A stretch of DNA of 31,933 nucleotides from a virus (IMGVR_UViG_3300025276_000119:1-31933); one strand, 5' to 3'. Shown: positions 14,464 to 24,819, counted from the stretch's first letter. Notes: generated by a model not told the origin, from the letters alone. Numbers and translations: made by a program.

Positions 14464-17400
14464 AAATTTTTTCTAAAAAAATCTCTCCTCCGTAAATTGC
14501 ATCTGATGTTGCAGAAACTCCAACCTTTAAAAGGTAGTATTTACTAACCGCTATTGTTTCAGTAGTTGTAAGTGAATTTCCTATGTTACTTGTACCTGTA
14601 AATATATTTGTAATCGTTGTGTTACTTATATCGCCTTTAGTCAAAGAAACAGAAAGCGATGAACTTGTTGTAACTCTAAAGCCTGTAATCCTATAACCAA
14701 TAGGTAAAAAGACCATTGCAAAAATATCGTTATCCCTACCAGCGGTTGAATCTGGTTGTATGCTTCCTCCGCTGTTTCTTGTGTAAATATTTGCTGAAAG
14801 GTCTGCAGAAACACTAAAGTCACTAGGCGCAAGCATATATTTAAATACAGATCCTACTGTTTGAGTTCTAAACCCTGTATTTTCTCCATAATGTCTACCC
14901 TCTATATTGTCAGCATTTAAGAAGTCAGTTGTTTTATCGTACTCAAAACCTGCCTCAGCTCCAAACGCTCCGCTGTCGTTAAATTGAACCTCTTTATTTG
15001 AGCCTCCTGGAGTTCCACCACCTGTAATTATGTTGGTTAAATCTGAATTTACACAAGAAATAACACTTCCTATAGGATAAATTAAATTAGGAATAAAACT
15101 ATCTACTAGTATTTGAGTTACTCCAACAGCAATTTCACTTCGAGATGTTACTATAACACCATTTGTTCCATCAGGATAACTCAATCTTAATTTTTGATTA
15201 TCGTAAATTTTAGCACTTGTTAATCCATCTATTTCAAACTTATCTATCGCAAATCCCGAACCTATAATTGTATCAGTAATACCGTAATTATCACTAGCCA
15301 AGTTACTGTCATAAATTGAACTTGTTTGTAGGACATTTTGATTTACTATACTTGAAGGGGTTTGTGTGTTAGGAAGTATTAAAGATTTAAAAGCAGGTGT
15401 GTTGTCAACTATAATAGTGCTTTCAGCCCCTCTACCTACGTTATACCATTCACCGCTCATTATTTCGCTTTGAGCTTTAAATGTACCGCCTAAAAAAGAA
15501 TACAACTTAAAAGCTTCATCGTCATTTAAACTGTACTTTAACAAGCGAAGAGGCGATATGTTATTAGATTGAATTTCAGCTTGTAATATCTCTAACGGCT
15601 CTATTTGTAGAGCTAAAAACTCGTGAGTCAGTAGTTGAGTTATATTTCTAAGATTAGGTACAGCAGGATTACCTACCTGAAAGTCAACAACGGGTCCCCA
15701 TTGAGTAGCTACTTGTTTCTGTATAGAGTATAATTTATTTAGTTCCGTACCACCTAATTGTAACTCACCTAAATCATAAGACTCTGAAGATGGTACTTCT
15801 GTTTGAGATGAAGAATATTGGAAACCACCTGCTACATCTTCAAATTCTGTGTTACCATTTACGGATAAATTTATACTTACACAAGTTGTACTTTCACTTG
15901 TAGGAGTAGGGTTGGTTATGTCTTGATAAGAAAATTGCGGTTGGGATCCATTCAAATACTCTCCCACTTGGTAATAATCGTTATTTGCTGTAAGTTGAAT
16001 TGAAATATCTCCTTGAATATTTGGCGGTTCAATATTAGCAACAAAATGAATCTGGGTACTGAAAGATTTTCCAAGACCAAAACTACCTGGAGTAACGCCT
16101 GCCGAACAAGGACCTGTAGAGTCGTTTATTATTATACTACCACCTGTTACAGGAACACCTTGCGTTACAATACTATTAGCTACAAGACCATCAGAAAAAG
16201 TTGCCTGTAAAGCATTATTAACAGAATCGTTATTATAACCTCTTGCTATTATTACTGTTGCAGGATTAGTCACCCACTTTAATTCAGTAGGTGTGTTTAA
16301 GTTTTGATTTGTAAGGTATTTAGTTGTAACGCCATTAGTTACAGATATAACTAAAGTTGCTGTAGTTAAAAAAGAACTATTTCTTACCGTAGGTGTTTGG
16401 TTGTAAGGTCCTCCATCGGGTGCTGTTGTACCAAAAGTAAAATCACTTGCTAAAAAATTCTCAATATGTCTTGCAGAAAAATCTAAAGTAAGATATCCTG
16501 CTTGATTTGTTTCTACTTGAATACCCCCTGCTATAAATGAAGTTGTTAAATCTGCTGTAGGACTAATAAAAAAATCAGTTCCACCTAAAATAAAATCAGC
16601 AGTTACACTTTCGTAAGATGGTTCGTAAGTAAATGCACTACCACCTAGAATTACATTAGAGCTTTGATCTATTGTTAAAACTGTATTTATGTTACTTGGA
16701 GTTGTTGCTTGATAACCACCCTCTATAACATTTAACGTACCTTGTTCATTGTCAAATAAAGTATTAGGTTGTAGAAAGTTATAAAAACCCTCCGCTAAAA
16801 ATCCTATTGTATTAAATGTTTTTAAGCAGCCATTAAAAACATCAGACCTTTTATAGTTATAAGCTTCATCGAAATTTGATATATCACCCTCATCGTCATA
16901 TTTTGTTTCTTTAGCAAAAGCTCCTTTAGCAGCTCCGTAAACATAAAAAGGTCCTGTAGTGGCTGCTGCACCGTAATCTTGTGGTCGCCACCAATTTATA
17001 GCCGTACGAACCCAATTTTTAGAGGCTCCGATTGGTGTGTCTACTCCATCTATATCCATTACACTACCAAACTCAAAAATATGATCAGCAATAGATTTCG
17101 GTTGGTTTTTTTCTCCCTCTCCTGAAAGTGTGTCTTTTTTTAATTTAGTGTAATATCCGTAAGAATCAGTTGATGTTATCTTACTAACATAAGGGTAAGG
17201 TGTGTTTTGTATTGCATCAAACCCAGGTTGAATCCAACCATACCACCAGAGTTCATTTTCAGTTGTTCCGTTTTTATATATTTTTATGTAGTGATTTTTT
17301 TCTCCTTTTTTTAATAGATCGTTATAAAGAAAGTTTTCATCAGAATTGTTTTTAATATAAACATTTAAAATACATTCAGAGCCAATAAAAGTTCTATCTC

Positions 17401-17557
17401 TTGTACCTCCACTTCCTGACCATTTAATTACAAAACCCTCGCCTTGCATATCAAATTCAGTAGAAGTACCTACAAAGTCTTTTTGGTAAATATCAACGTA
17501 CCAAATAGTCCCTTTTTCGCCTTTAATTAAACTATTTCTAATCTTTCCAAATGCCAT
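14462..17557 (-). CDS. Large tail tip / baseplate-fibre protein (1031 aa)
   Basis: Directly follows the tape measure gene; beta-rich; PGGS..EVQFNDSG.FG motif. Confidence 0.7.
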   Translation of the reverse strand: MAFGKIRNSLIKGEKGTIWYVDIYQKDFVGTSTEFDMQGEGFVIKWSGSGGTRDRTFIGSECILNVYIKNNSDENFLYNDLLKKGEKNHYIKIYKNGTTENELWWYGWIQPGFDAIQNTPYPYVSKITSTDSYGYYTKLKKDTLSGEGEKNQPKSIADHIFEFGSVMDIDGVDTPIGASKNWVRTAINWWRPQDYGAAATTGPFYVYGAAKGAFAKETKYDDEGDISNFDEAYNYKRSDVFNGCLKTFNTIGFLAEGFYNFLQPNTLFDNEQGTLNVIEGGYQATTPSNINTVLTIDQSSNVILGGSAFTYEPSYESVTADFILGGTDFFISPTADLTTSFIAGGIQVETNQAGYLTLDFSARHIENFLASDFTFGTTAPDGGPYNQTPTVRNSSFLTTATLVISVTNGVTTKYLTNQNLNTPTELKWVTNPATVIIARGYNNDSVNNALQATFSDGLVANSIVTQGVPVTGGSIIINDSTGPCSAGVTPGSFGLGKSFSTQIHFVANIEPPNIQGDISIQLTANNDYYQVGEYLNGSQPQFSYQDITNPTPTSESTTCVSINLSVNGNTEFEDVAGGFQYSSSQTEVPSSESYDLGELQLGGTELNKLYSIQKQVATQWGPVVDFQVGNPAVPNLRNITQLLTHEFLALQIEPLEILQAEIQSNNISPLRLLKYSLNDDEAFKLYSFLGGTFKAQSEIMSGEWYNVGRGAESTIIVDNTPAFKSLILPNTQTPSSIVNQNVLQTSSIYDSNLASDNYGITDTIIGSGFAIDKFEIDGLTSAKIYDNQKLRLSYPDGTNGVIVTSRSEIAVGVTQILVDSFIPNLIYPIGSVISCVNSDLTNIITGGGTPGGSNKEVQFNDSGAFGAEAGFEYDKTTDFLNADNIEGRHYGENTGFRTQTVGSVFKYMLAPSDFSVSADLSANIYTRNSGGSIQPDSTAGRDNDIFAMVFLPIGYRITGFRVTTSSSLSVSLTKGDISNTTITNIFTGTSNIGNSLTTTETIAVSKYYLLKVGVSATSDAIYGGEIFLEKI

Positions 17558-17567
17558 ACCTTTTTCT

Positions 17568-19658
17568 TTATCTGTAACCTTTTCTTCGTTGCGCTCTATC
17601 GAATACTATTAATAAATCATCTCCTGTTATTCTTACGTCAGGAATTGCAGTTGCACCTCCACCGCCTAAAGCGTGGTTAGGTATAATCGTTCCGCTTGAA
17701 CCTGGAACAAATAATTCAGGACCTCGCTCTCCTACTACGCTAGGTCTACCTACAGGTGGTCGCCCTCCATCGGCAAAACCTAATACTTTCATAAAGCTTC
17801 CACCAAATGATTTAGCACCACCTAAACCTGTTAATTGCATTAAACCTGCGAATATAAGTGCTTTAGCTATCATCTTACCTATGTCTATTATGAATTGTTT
17901 AGCAAAAGTACCAAATTTTTCACCGAAACTTATGGTTTGTTCCTCCATAACTCCGTTAACCTCTACAAATCTAGTCTGTTTTTCGAACAAACTAACAAAA
18001 CCCTCAGAGAAATTAGAAAGCATATCCGTTCCTAACTCATTTAAGCGTGTTATTTGTTCGGCTGAAACATCTAATAATACCCCAATTTTAGTTAATTCTA
18101 ATGCTGAAAATTGTGTTTTATCAGAAGATGTATCTACTCTACCACCATTAAGTTCAGATTTGTCTGTTGAAAAATCGCCAACAGATGTTATTTTTTTTGC
18201 TGTTATTTTATTTGCTTGATTTTTTAAAGCTCTTTGAGATAAAAATAAATCATCAGCCGCTTTTTTAGCAGCTATCATACCTTTAGAGATTTTACTTAAA
18301 GCTGTTCCGCTTCCTGCATTTAGCATACGGAAATCATCCATCTCTTTATTTAATTCTTTTTGAGCATCAGCTAATTTATCTGCTTCTTTTGATAGTGAAC
18401 TAAAATGACTAACCGCAAGAATTGATGAGGCTGCTATTAGTGTCATTATACCATCAAAGGTAGCTAAAGCTACAAGTACTGGAGCTGCCGCCGTTGCCAT
18501 AGTAGCCAAAGCACCTCCTATAAGCGTAATTATTGGTACTATAGCAGCTGCAGCTAATAATAAAACCCCTAAACTAGCGGCGATTCCTGCTACAGTTAAT
18601 ATAGTATTTTGAGTGTCTTTATCTAAATCAGAAAATGTATTTGCTAATTCTGTTATCTTTTCTATTACAGGTAGTAATCTTTCCGCTAAAAGTTCACCAA
18701 AAACAATTTGCAATTCGTTTATCGCAGATTGCATCTTCTTAATCTTACCTTGAGTGGTAGATTCCATTTTATCTGCCATTCTACCGAGGGCAGTTGTATT
18801 GGTTTCGTACTCAGTAGTAAGTTCAGTTACTTTATCTAAGTTCTGAGAAAGTATAAGTAATTGATTGGCAGCAGTTTTACCTACCAAGGCATAGGCATCA
18901 TCAAGCGATAATGTACCCGAAGCCATATCCTCCAATATACCTGTAAATGGAACGCCCTCTTTATTGAGTTCCATAAATATAGTCCTTAAACCTGTACCTG
19001 CTTTAGAAGCTTTAATACCACTATCCATAAGGACACCCATCATAGCAGATAACTCTTCTACGGAAACTCCCACAGCATTTGCCGAAGCTCCTGCGTGACC
19101 AAAAGCAGTCGAGAAAGTGTTAAGTTGTATAGAGGACTTGGCTGCTGCTAAAGCTAAAGTGTTAGCTATACTAGCTGCATCGGTTGCTTCTAAATTAAAA
19201 GCGTTTATGGAAGCTGATACGGTTTCTGCTGCTATGGCTAAACCCTCACCAGTTGCTAAAGCTAAATCAGCTATAGCTTCTTGCATACCCATTATTTGGC
19301 TAGGATCAAAACCTTTACGACCTAATATAAGTTGTAGTTCAGAAAATTCAGAAGCAGTAAATTGAGTTGTCTTACCAAGCTCTCTCGCTGTACCCTCTAG
19401 TTTTTTCATTTCAGACTCAGTAGCACCTGTTACTACGGCTACTTTCATCATACCATCCTCAAACTCAACAAAGGTGTCTACGGCTGCTTTACCTAGTGCT
19501 GCTAAAGGAGCTGTAACACCAAAAGTCAACATAGAACCCATACGAGCTGCTTGAGAAGAGAATCTAGCTAAACTTTTATTAGCCGAACCCATCCCTTTTT
19601 CTAGCCCCTTTACGTTAGCTGCTATAATTATCGATATGGTCTTTACTGAAAAACTCAT
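17568..19658 (-). CDS. Tail tape measure protein (TP901-type core)
   Basis: TAPL..G, FEDGM.KV, ARELGKTTQFTASE, GIKASKAGTGLR, C-terminal FADGG..VGERGPELFVP. Confidence 0.92.
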   Translation of the reverse strand: MSFSVKTISIIIAANVKGLEKGMGSANKSLARFSSQAARMGSMLTFGVTAPLAALGKAAVDTFVEFEDGMMKVAVVTGATESEMKKLEGTARELGKTTQFTASEFSELQLILGRKGFDPSQIMGMQEAIADLALATGEGLAIAAETVSASINAFNLEATDAASIANTLALAAAKSSIQLNTFSTAFGHAGASANAVGVSVEELSAMMGVLMDSGIKASKAGTGLRTIFMELNKEGVPFTGILEDMASGTLSLDDAYALVGKTAANQLLILSQNLDKVTELTTEYETNTTALGRMADKMESTTQGKIKKMQSAINELQIVFGELLAERLLPVIEKITELANTFSDLDKDTQNTILTVAGIAASLGVLLLAAAAIVPIITLIGGALATMATAAAPVLVALATFDGIMTLIAASSILAVSHFSSLSKEADKLADAQKELNKEMDDFRMLNAGSGTALSKISKGMIAAKKAADDLFLSQRALKNQANKITAKKITSVGDFSTDKSELNGGRVDTSSDKTQFSALELTKIGVLLDVSAEQITRLNELGTDMLSNFSEGFVSLFEKQTRFVEVNGVMEEQTISFGEKFGTFAKQFIIDIGKMIAKALIFAGLMQLTGLGGAKSFGGSFMKVLGFADGGRPPVGRPSVVGERGPELFVPGSSGTIIPNHALGGGGATAIPDVRITGDDLLIVFDRAQRRKGYR

Positions 19659-19664
19659 TACTTC

Positions 19665-20029
19665 TTATATTTTATTGAACTTAATTTTATCGTACTTCTC
19701 TAGTACTTTTTGTATGTGTTCTTTTGAAGCTATTTCTTTTTTCGGCTGATACTTTTTGTCCCAAGGAAGAGGTAATATATCTTTAGGTTTAAGATTCTTT
19801 TTAGAGTGAGGTTGCAAACATCCCATTAATATAGTTCTAGTTTGCTCCCATTGGTTCTGTGACATTTGCTCTTGGTGCGTTTTAAAGCCGTTTAAGCGAT
19901 TGTTAAAGGAACGTGGAGTTAAGCCATACAATTCATCGTATGATAGCTCCAACATCCCTAAACCAACCTCTTCTAGCTTATCCCAGTCAATATCTCCCTC
20001 TTCGGAATCTATCTCCTCTCCCTCAACTA
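19665..20029 (-). CDS. Tail assembly chaperone, frameshifted (gpT-like) segment
   Basis: Frame of ORF 19665..19955 stays open back to the slippery site (VVEGEEIDSEEGDIDWDKLEEVGLG-MLELSY); LTPR motif. Confidence 0.8.
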
Positions 20030-20326
20030 CTTTCCCTCAGCTTGAGGTTGGTCGAGTTGGAACGCTTCAAATATTTCACCTAACTTAGAGAAGTCTTCAT
20101 TATCCAACCACTCTTCGATGTCAGCTATTTTATAAGCAAACTTTTGACCATCTTTCTTAGCTCCGTATTTTAAACCGTAATAAGCAATAACTCCAATGTG
20201 GTCTATCTCAGAACCTAACTGATTTAACTCGTTTAGCTTTAATCCCAACTTATTGCAAATTGCTTTTAAGCATAAATAACTAAACCTGATTGGTCGATTC
20301 TGACCACCTAACTCTACCTTTTTCAT
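20027..20326 (-). CDS. Tail assembly chaperone (gpG-like)
   Basis: Position between tail tube and tape measure genes; ends EGK* on GGGAAAG. Confidence 0.8.
   Translation of the reverse strand: MKKVELGGQNRPIRFSYLCLKAICNKLGLKLNELNQLGSEIDHIGVIAYYGLKYGAKKDGQKFAYKIADIEEWLDNEDFSKLGEIFEAFQLDQPQAEGK
20030..20036 (-). other. Programmed -1 ribosomal frameshift site GGGAAAG
   Basis: G GGA AAG TAG; identical to the lambda G/T slippery heptamer; -1 frame open into the downstream ORF. Confidence 0.88.
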
Positions 20327-20350
20327 AATTTATTTTAATTGTTGTTGTTA

Positions 20351-21109
20351 TTAATACGTTCCTTGAGTTGATACTCCTGTACCTGTTATTGAAACAGAAT
20401 AGGTTGTGTTATCCTCGACTCCTGCATCCATAGACGCACTTGTAACAATTCCTAAACCTTCCCATTTCACGCCTGTATCTCTTTCTGAAAATCTTACCGT
20501 AACTTCGCTACGAGAATTAAGATCATTAAAGAACTCTTTAAAGTCTAAATCAGCGTTAACATCTTGCAAAGCATCCGTAGATAATTCAAAAGACCTAAGT
20601 CCACCCTCATTGTCTTGAAATCCTCCACTATCTTTCGTGGTGGTATCTCTCAAGTCCATATTGAATGAAACAGAAGCAGATGTACTATGTGCGATTGGTT
20701 CGTAGTCGTTATTAGTTTGACCCGATGTAATTACAATAACCTCTATAGCACCTTCATTTATTGTAGCTGTACCATCTGCAAAACTTAAAGTGTTAACGTC
20801 CCCTGGAAAAGTGTTAGTAAAATCTAAATAATAAAAATCACCATCATCTATGATACTACCAGCTCCAGTATAACCATTAGCATTTAATGTAGCTCTTATA
20901 ACGGATAATAATGCAAAGCCGTTATTTGATACTGATAATGTTTCTAACTCAGCGACATTATTTCCTGAACTATCTGTCGTATTTAAAATTTTAACACTAC
21001 CAACACCACTTAAAGGGCTTACTTTTAAAACTCTAATTCTAGTTACTTGAGCTACGTCAGCAGGTGATTTTTTGTAAACCAATAAATCCGATGCGTTTAT
21101 AATTGCCAT
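20351..21109 (-). CDS. Tail tube protein paralogue with ~120-aa inserted domain
   Basis: Shares MAI.NA.D, P.AHSTSAS.S.NMDLRD.TTK.SGG, GGLRS.ELS and DAGVE.NTT.SVS.TGTG with 21134..21541. Confidence 0.85.
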   Translation of the reverse strand: MAIINASDLLVYKKSPADVAQVTRIRVLKVSPLSGVGSVKILNTTDSSGNNVAELETLSVSNNGFALLSVIRATLNANGYTGAGSIIDDGDFYYLDFTNTFPGDVNTLSFADGTATINEGAIEVIVITSGQTNNDYEPIAHSTSASVSFNMDLRDTTTKDSGGFQDNEGGLRSFELSTDALQDVNADLDFKEFFNDLNSRSEVTVRFSERDTGVKWEGLGIVTSASMDAGVEDNTTYSVSITGTGVSTQGTY

Positions 21110-21133
21110 AATTAATGGATTTAAAAGTTAATA

Positions 21134-21541
21134 CTATACGTTTTGGAACAACTCTCCTGTACCTGTTAAAGAAACAGAGAACGTAGTATTTTCTTCTACA
21201 CCTGCATCTATTGAAATAGAAGTTATAAAGGCGTTACCTGTATATACCATACCTGTAGCACTAAATTCTATAGCTACGGCTGTTCTTGCGTTCCAAGCTG
21301 TCCATAACTCAAGTATGTCAGCAGAACCTGCATCGGTTGCTATATCTACAAAAGAATCTCCACTTAATTCGTAAGAACGTAAGCCACCTAAGTTATCTTG
21401 CCATCCTCCTGATGATTTAGTTGTTGAATCTCTTAAATCCATATTCATAGAAATAGAAGCCGATGTAGAGTGAGCTACAGGAACTAAAGACCCTCCAACT
21501 GTTACTTTAAGAACTACGTCTGTTGCGTTTAAAATTGCCAT
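21134..21541 (-). CDS. Major tail tube protein
   Basis: D.TTK.SGGW..L.GLRS..LSGD, YTG.AFITSIS, FSVSLTGTGEL. Confidence 0.88.
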   Translation of the reverse strand: MAILNATDVVLKVTVGGSLVPVAHSTSASISMNMDLRDSTTKSSGGWQDNLGGLRSYELSGDSFVDIATDAGSADILELWTAWNARTAVAIEFSATGMVYTGNAFITSISIDAGVEENTTFSVSLTGTGELFQNV

Positions 21542-21553
21542 TTTGTGTTTGGT

Positions 21554-21964
21554 TTATTGTTTAATAATTAAACAGTTAAATATTACGTTTTTGTAGAATA
21601 CTTCGGCTGATTTAAAGTACTCGTCATCTAGGGTTTCAAACCTAAACTTCGCTACATAACTCACGCCACTTTCGGTGTATGTCACCTCAAACAAATCTAA
21701 AGCTTCTACTACCGCCTTAGCTTGATTATATGTTACTTCATATCCGTCTGCAAAACAAGCTATCCTAATCGATACATCACAAGAATTTAACGAGTTGTTT
21801 TTACTCATAAAGTTACTCACGTTCGTTATCTCAAATGTAGTAGATGGATAGTTTACACCTTGGGGTATAATGACAGGAAACACCTTATTACTGCCGTTAG
21901 CAGCAGTAAAGGTAGCTGTGTTATTCAACTTAGTTACTATTTCTTTTCCTATCTCTTGAAACAT
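21554..21964 (-). CDS. Tail terminator / completion protein (DUF3168-like)
   Basis: KVFPVI.PQ..YP, AKAVVEALD; position before the tail tube gene. Confidence 0.7.
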   Translation of the reverse strand: MFQEIGKEIVTKLNNTATFTAANGSNKVFPVIIPQGVNYPSTTFEITNVSNFMSKNNSLNSCDVSIRIACFADGYEVTYNQAKAVVEALDLFEVTYTESGVSYVAKFRFETLDDEYFKSAEVFYKNVIFNCLIIKQ

Positions 21965-21968
21965 ATGT

Positions 21969-22535
21969 CTATTTAAATCCTGCTTGTTTAAACATTCTAT
22001 CTAACATTTTAGATACATCTCTTTCTGCTGTTGAAGCTATATTAGAACCTTTTTCGTTCATAACTTCTTTGTAGTAATTAGGTTGGTTTTTTATTCTACC
22101 TACCGACTTACCGTTTTTGTGAGTCCTTTCCTTTGTGCCATTAACTAACATCGCAGGTAAATTTCTACTCTTTTTACCTTTGACCCAAGTTTGGTTAAGG
22201 TGTTTTAATCGTGTTCCAACAAATAATCCAGGGTCTTTAGACCTTTTAGCTGTAATTATACCAATCGAATCCGCTATAGATTTACCGACTGATTTACTTT
22301 TAGTAGAAGCATCGTATCTTTGACCAGGAACTTTGTTCTTACTTCCTGATTTGTACTTTGACTTCAAAGACTTTACTGCTTTCATTGCAGCAGGTCTTAA
22401 TGCTTTGTTAATTTTAGTTCTAGCTGTTTTCTCGTTTGCACCGAGTTTCTTTAAACTAGACATTGCTGCTTCAAGACCTTTAACCTTTATTACTTGGTCT
22501 TTAGTTACTTGAGGTTTCTTTGAAAATATACCCAT
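21969..22535 (-). CDS. HK97 gp10-like neck protein
   Basis: Basic protein, IKVKGLE..L, LV.GT.ER, G.I..QP; synteny. Confidence 0.65.
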   Translation of the reverse strand: MGIFSKKPQVTKDQVIKVKGLEAAMSSLKKLGANEKTARTKINKALRPAAMKAVKSLKSKYKSGSKNKVPGQRYDASTKSKSVGKSIADSIGIITAKRSKDPGLFVGTRLKHLNQTWVKGKKSRNLPAMLVNGTKERTHKNGKSVGRIKNQPNYYKEVMNEKGSNIASTAERDVSKMLDRMFKQAGFK

Positions 22536-22910
22536 TTATACAGGTGATTGAGTTGGTAAGTCATCACTAATAAATATCTCTATAAATTCATTTCTAGGGT
22601 CAATTACATACCCAATAATATCTAAGTTTCTACCTGTACCTACTTCTTCTAAAACCCAGTTAGATTGTATAACTTTAGTTTCAGTAGAATATCGTATAGT
22701 ATAAACAAATCTACCGTAAGATACTAACTCTTTACCCTCGAATTTCTCCTCTATATCACGAAGAGATTTAACATTTTTATTAGCCCAAACAGTAGTTACA
22801 GTTGCATAAGTATTAGTTACACCACCGAAATTATCTTGAGCTGCTGTAAACGACTTTAAGTTCACACGAACATTAAAATCACCTGCTTTTATTTGACTTA
22901 TAAACGCCAT
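22536..22910 (-). CDS. Head closure / head-tail adaptor (SPP1 gp16-like)
   Basis: AGDFN.RV, QDNFGG, TVWA, TIRY; synteny. Confidence 0.8.
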   Translation of the reverse strand: MAFISQIKAGDFNVRVNLKSFTAAQDNFGGVTNTYATVTTVWANKNVKSLRDIEEKFEGKELVSYGRFVYTIRYSTETKVIQSNWVLEEVGTGRNLDIIGYVIDPRNEFIEIFISDDLPTQSPV

Positions 22911-23507
22911 CTAATAATAACATTTATAAGGTTGTAATAATATTTGAGAAGCCATAGGAAACGCTCGCTTTCTATCTTCTCTAAAATAATACATATCAGC
23001 TACAATTAATTTTATAGCTTGCTTGATTGCTTCGGGAGTGTCGGTTGCAGCATCACCAAATCCTGTTTTAAACTCATACCAAAATACATTAGCACAATTA
23101 TCCTTTAATGTAGGACTTATGAAGTTACTATTTAAATAAACTAACGATGGATTTGAATAAGAATCTATATAAGCTTCGTTGTTACCTTGAGCGGCACCAT
23201 TTACATCTATCCAATTAACGCAAGTTTGATTTCCGTTGTTTTTTAAAACACAATTAGGAAAAATTAATGAAGCTGAACTTATTACCTCATTAAAATACAA
23301 TCTATATTCGTGTGTTATAAAATGGCGATTACAATAGTTCTCAGCCATATCAGTAGCAGCATCTATGTAAGCCTCTAATAAACTTTGCTCGTCATTTGAG
23401 TCAATGCGTAGCTGTTCTTTAATTTCAGTATAAGTCACTACTTTTGTAGTAGGATTATCAATTAAAACTAAATCGCCTTGTATATTTAAGTTTGGGTCTA
23501 AATACAT
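22911..23507 (-). CDS. Head-tail connector (gp6-like)
   Basis: EIKEQLRID..E..LL..YI.AA...AENY, GFG...PEAIKQAI.L.VA.MY..RE, LLQPY. Confidence 0.85.
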   Translation of the reverse strand: MYLDPNLNIQGDLVLIDNPTTKVVTYTEIKEQLRIDSNDEQSLLEAYIDAATDMAENYCNRHFITHEYRLYFNEVISSASLIFPNCVLKNNGNQTCVNWIDVNGAAQGNNEAYIDSYSNPSLVYLNSNFISPTLKDNCANVFWYEFKTGFGDAATDTPEAIKQAIKLIVADMYYFREDRKRAFPMASQILLQPYKCYY

Positions 23508-23525
23508 AGATTAATTAAAAAAGTT

Positions 23526-23555
23526 AAAAAAGGGAAGCCCCGAAGGACTCCCTTT
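23526..23555 (-). terminator. Intrinsic terminator after the major capsid gene
   Basis: aaaggga-gtcc-TTCG-gggc-ttcccttt plus T run on the minus strand. Confidence 0.8.
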
Positions 23556-23571
23556 AATTAAATATATACTA

Positions 23572-24819
23572 CTAAGCCGAAGCTGTTAAAGAAGTGTTTT
23601 TCACAAATGATTTACCGTGAGATACACCCCAATCCATATATTGGTTAAGAACTAATCTAGTTTCTCCATTTATTGCTCTAGAATACGGATCTACCATAAT
23701 ATCTAGTCCACCGAACATTCCAACGTAAAGGTTAGAGAAGTCACCGAAGAAGAAATCAGCAGATGTATCTGCTACATTAGTACAAGCGTTAGTAAAGAAA
23801 GTAGGATAACCGTTGATTAAAGAACCTTGCATACCCGCATTTACTGCTGCTACTTGAGCTGATTGCTTTAATTGAGCCATCAATTTAGGAGAAGCTACAT
23901 AAGCTAAATTTCCATCAAGACCACCCTCTTCTGCAAGTTGCGCTTCTGCAAGAACAAAATCTAACATAATAGATGCGTAATCAGCAAAAGGAGTTGTTGC
24001 AGTAAATGTACTTGTTGCTAACACACCTAAAGATACAGGAATACCTGCTGCGTTTGCTGCTGTTTTAAATATACTTTCGTCAATTTTAGCTGCTGTTGCA
24101 CGACCTAAATCACGCATAATAGCTTGTTCTGCACTAGCTCCGTTTTGCAACAATAATTGCTTAGAGATGTTAACGTGAGAAGCTAAACGGAATGGAGTTA
24201 ATTCAACTTTAGTAAAATCGGCTCCACCATTATCTGATGCAGCAACTTCTGTTGCCCAATCTACACCTTGCGCTCCAACTACAGGAATTGTAGTGTTTGC
24301 TGCAAGACCAGTCATAATATTTGCACCAACTCTACTAAATACAGAGTTTTCTCTTAACGCATCAGCATAACCCATTACGTTTGTAGGAGCGATTGCTGAA
24401 CCTGCTTGAGAAACAGCACGAGATTCTAACATAAAAGATGGAATACCTAAACCGTCAATTGAACGACCTACTGAACGAGCTTCGTTTACAGCCTCTTCGT
24501 GCATTTCACGTTCTACTCCAGTTAATTTACCATCAGTAAAGTCATTAATTGCCTTAAAGAAAGAGAAATCTCTCACCTCTTTTGGCTCGTTGCTTACTGG
24601 TGCTACTACTTTAGAAGCAATCTCAGCGTTTAATTTTTCTTGTCTTTCAACCATTTCTAGTGATTTTTTTAATTCGTCTATTTTAGACATTTTCTCATCG
24701 TAAGAAACTTGCTCATCGGCAGTTAAATTACGTGACTCAGTTTTACAAAGCTCAAGTAAAGCATTCGCATCAGTAATGATACCTGCTCTCTCTTGCTTTA
24801 ATTCTACAGAATTTTTCAT
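23572..24819 (-). CDS. Major capsid protein, HK97 fold with N-terminal delta domain
   Basis: Coiled-coil N-terminus, ISKQLLLQ, GYP, FGDFS..VGMFGGLDI.VDPY. Confidence 0.93.
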   Translation of the reverse strand: MKNSVELKQERAGIITDANALLELCKTESRNLTADEQVSYDEKMSKIDELKKSLEMVERQEKLNAEIASKVVAPVSNEPKEVRDFSFFKAINDFTDGKLTGVEREMHEEAVNEARSVGRSIDGLGIPSFMLESRAVSQAGSAIAPTNVMGYADALRENSVFSRVGANIMTGLAANTTIPVVGAQGVDWATEVAASDNGGADFTKVELTPFRLASHVNISKQLLLQNGASAEQAIMRDLGRATAAKIDESIFKTAANAAGIPVSLGVLATSTFTATTPFADYASIMLDFVLAEAQLAEEGGLDGNLAYVASPKLMAQLKQSAQVAAVNAGMQGSLINGYPTFFTNACTNVADTSADFFFGDFSNLYVGMFGGLDIMVDPYSRAINGETRLVLNQYMDWGVSHGKSFVKNTSLTASA

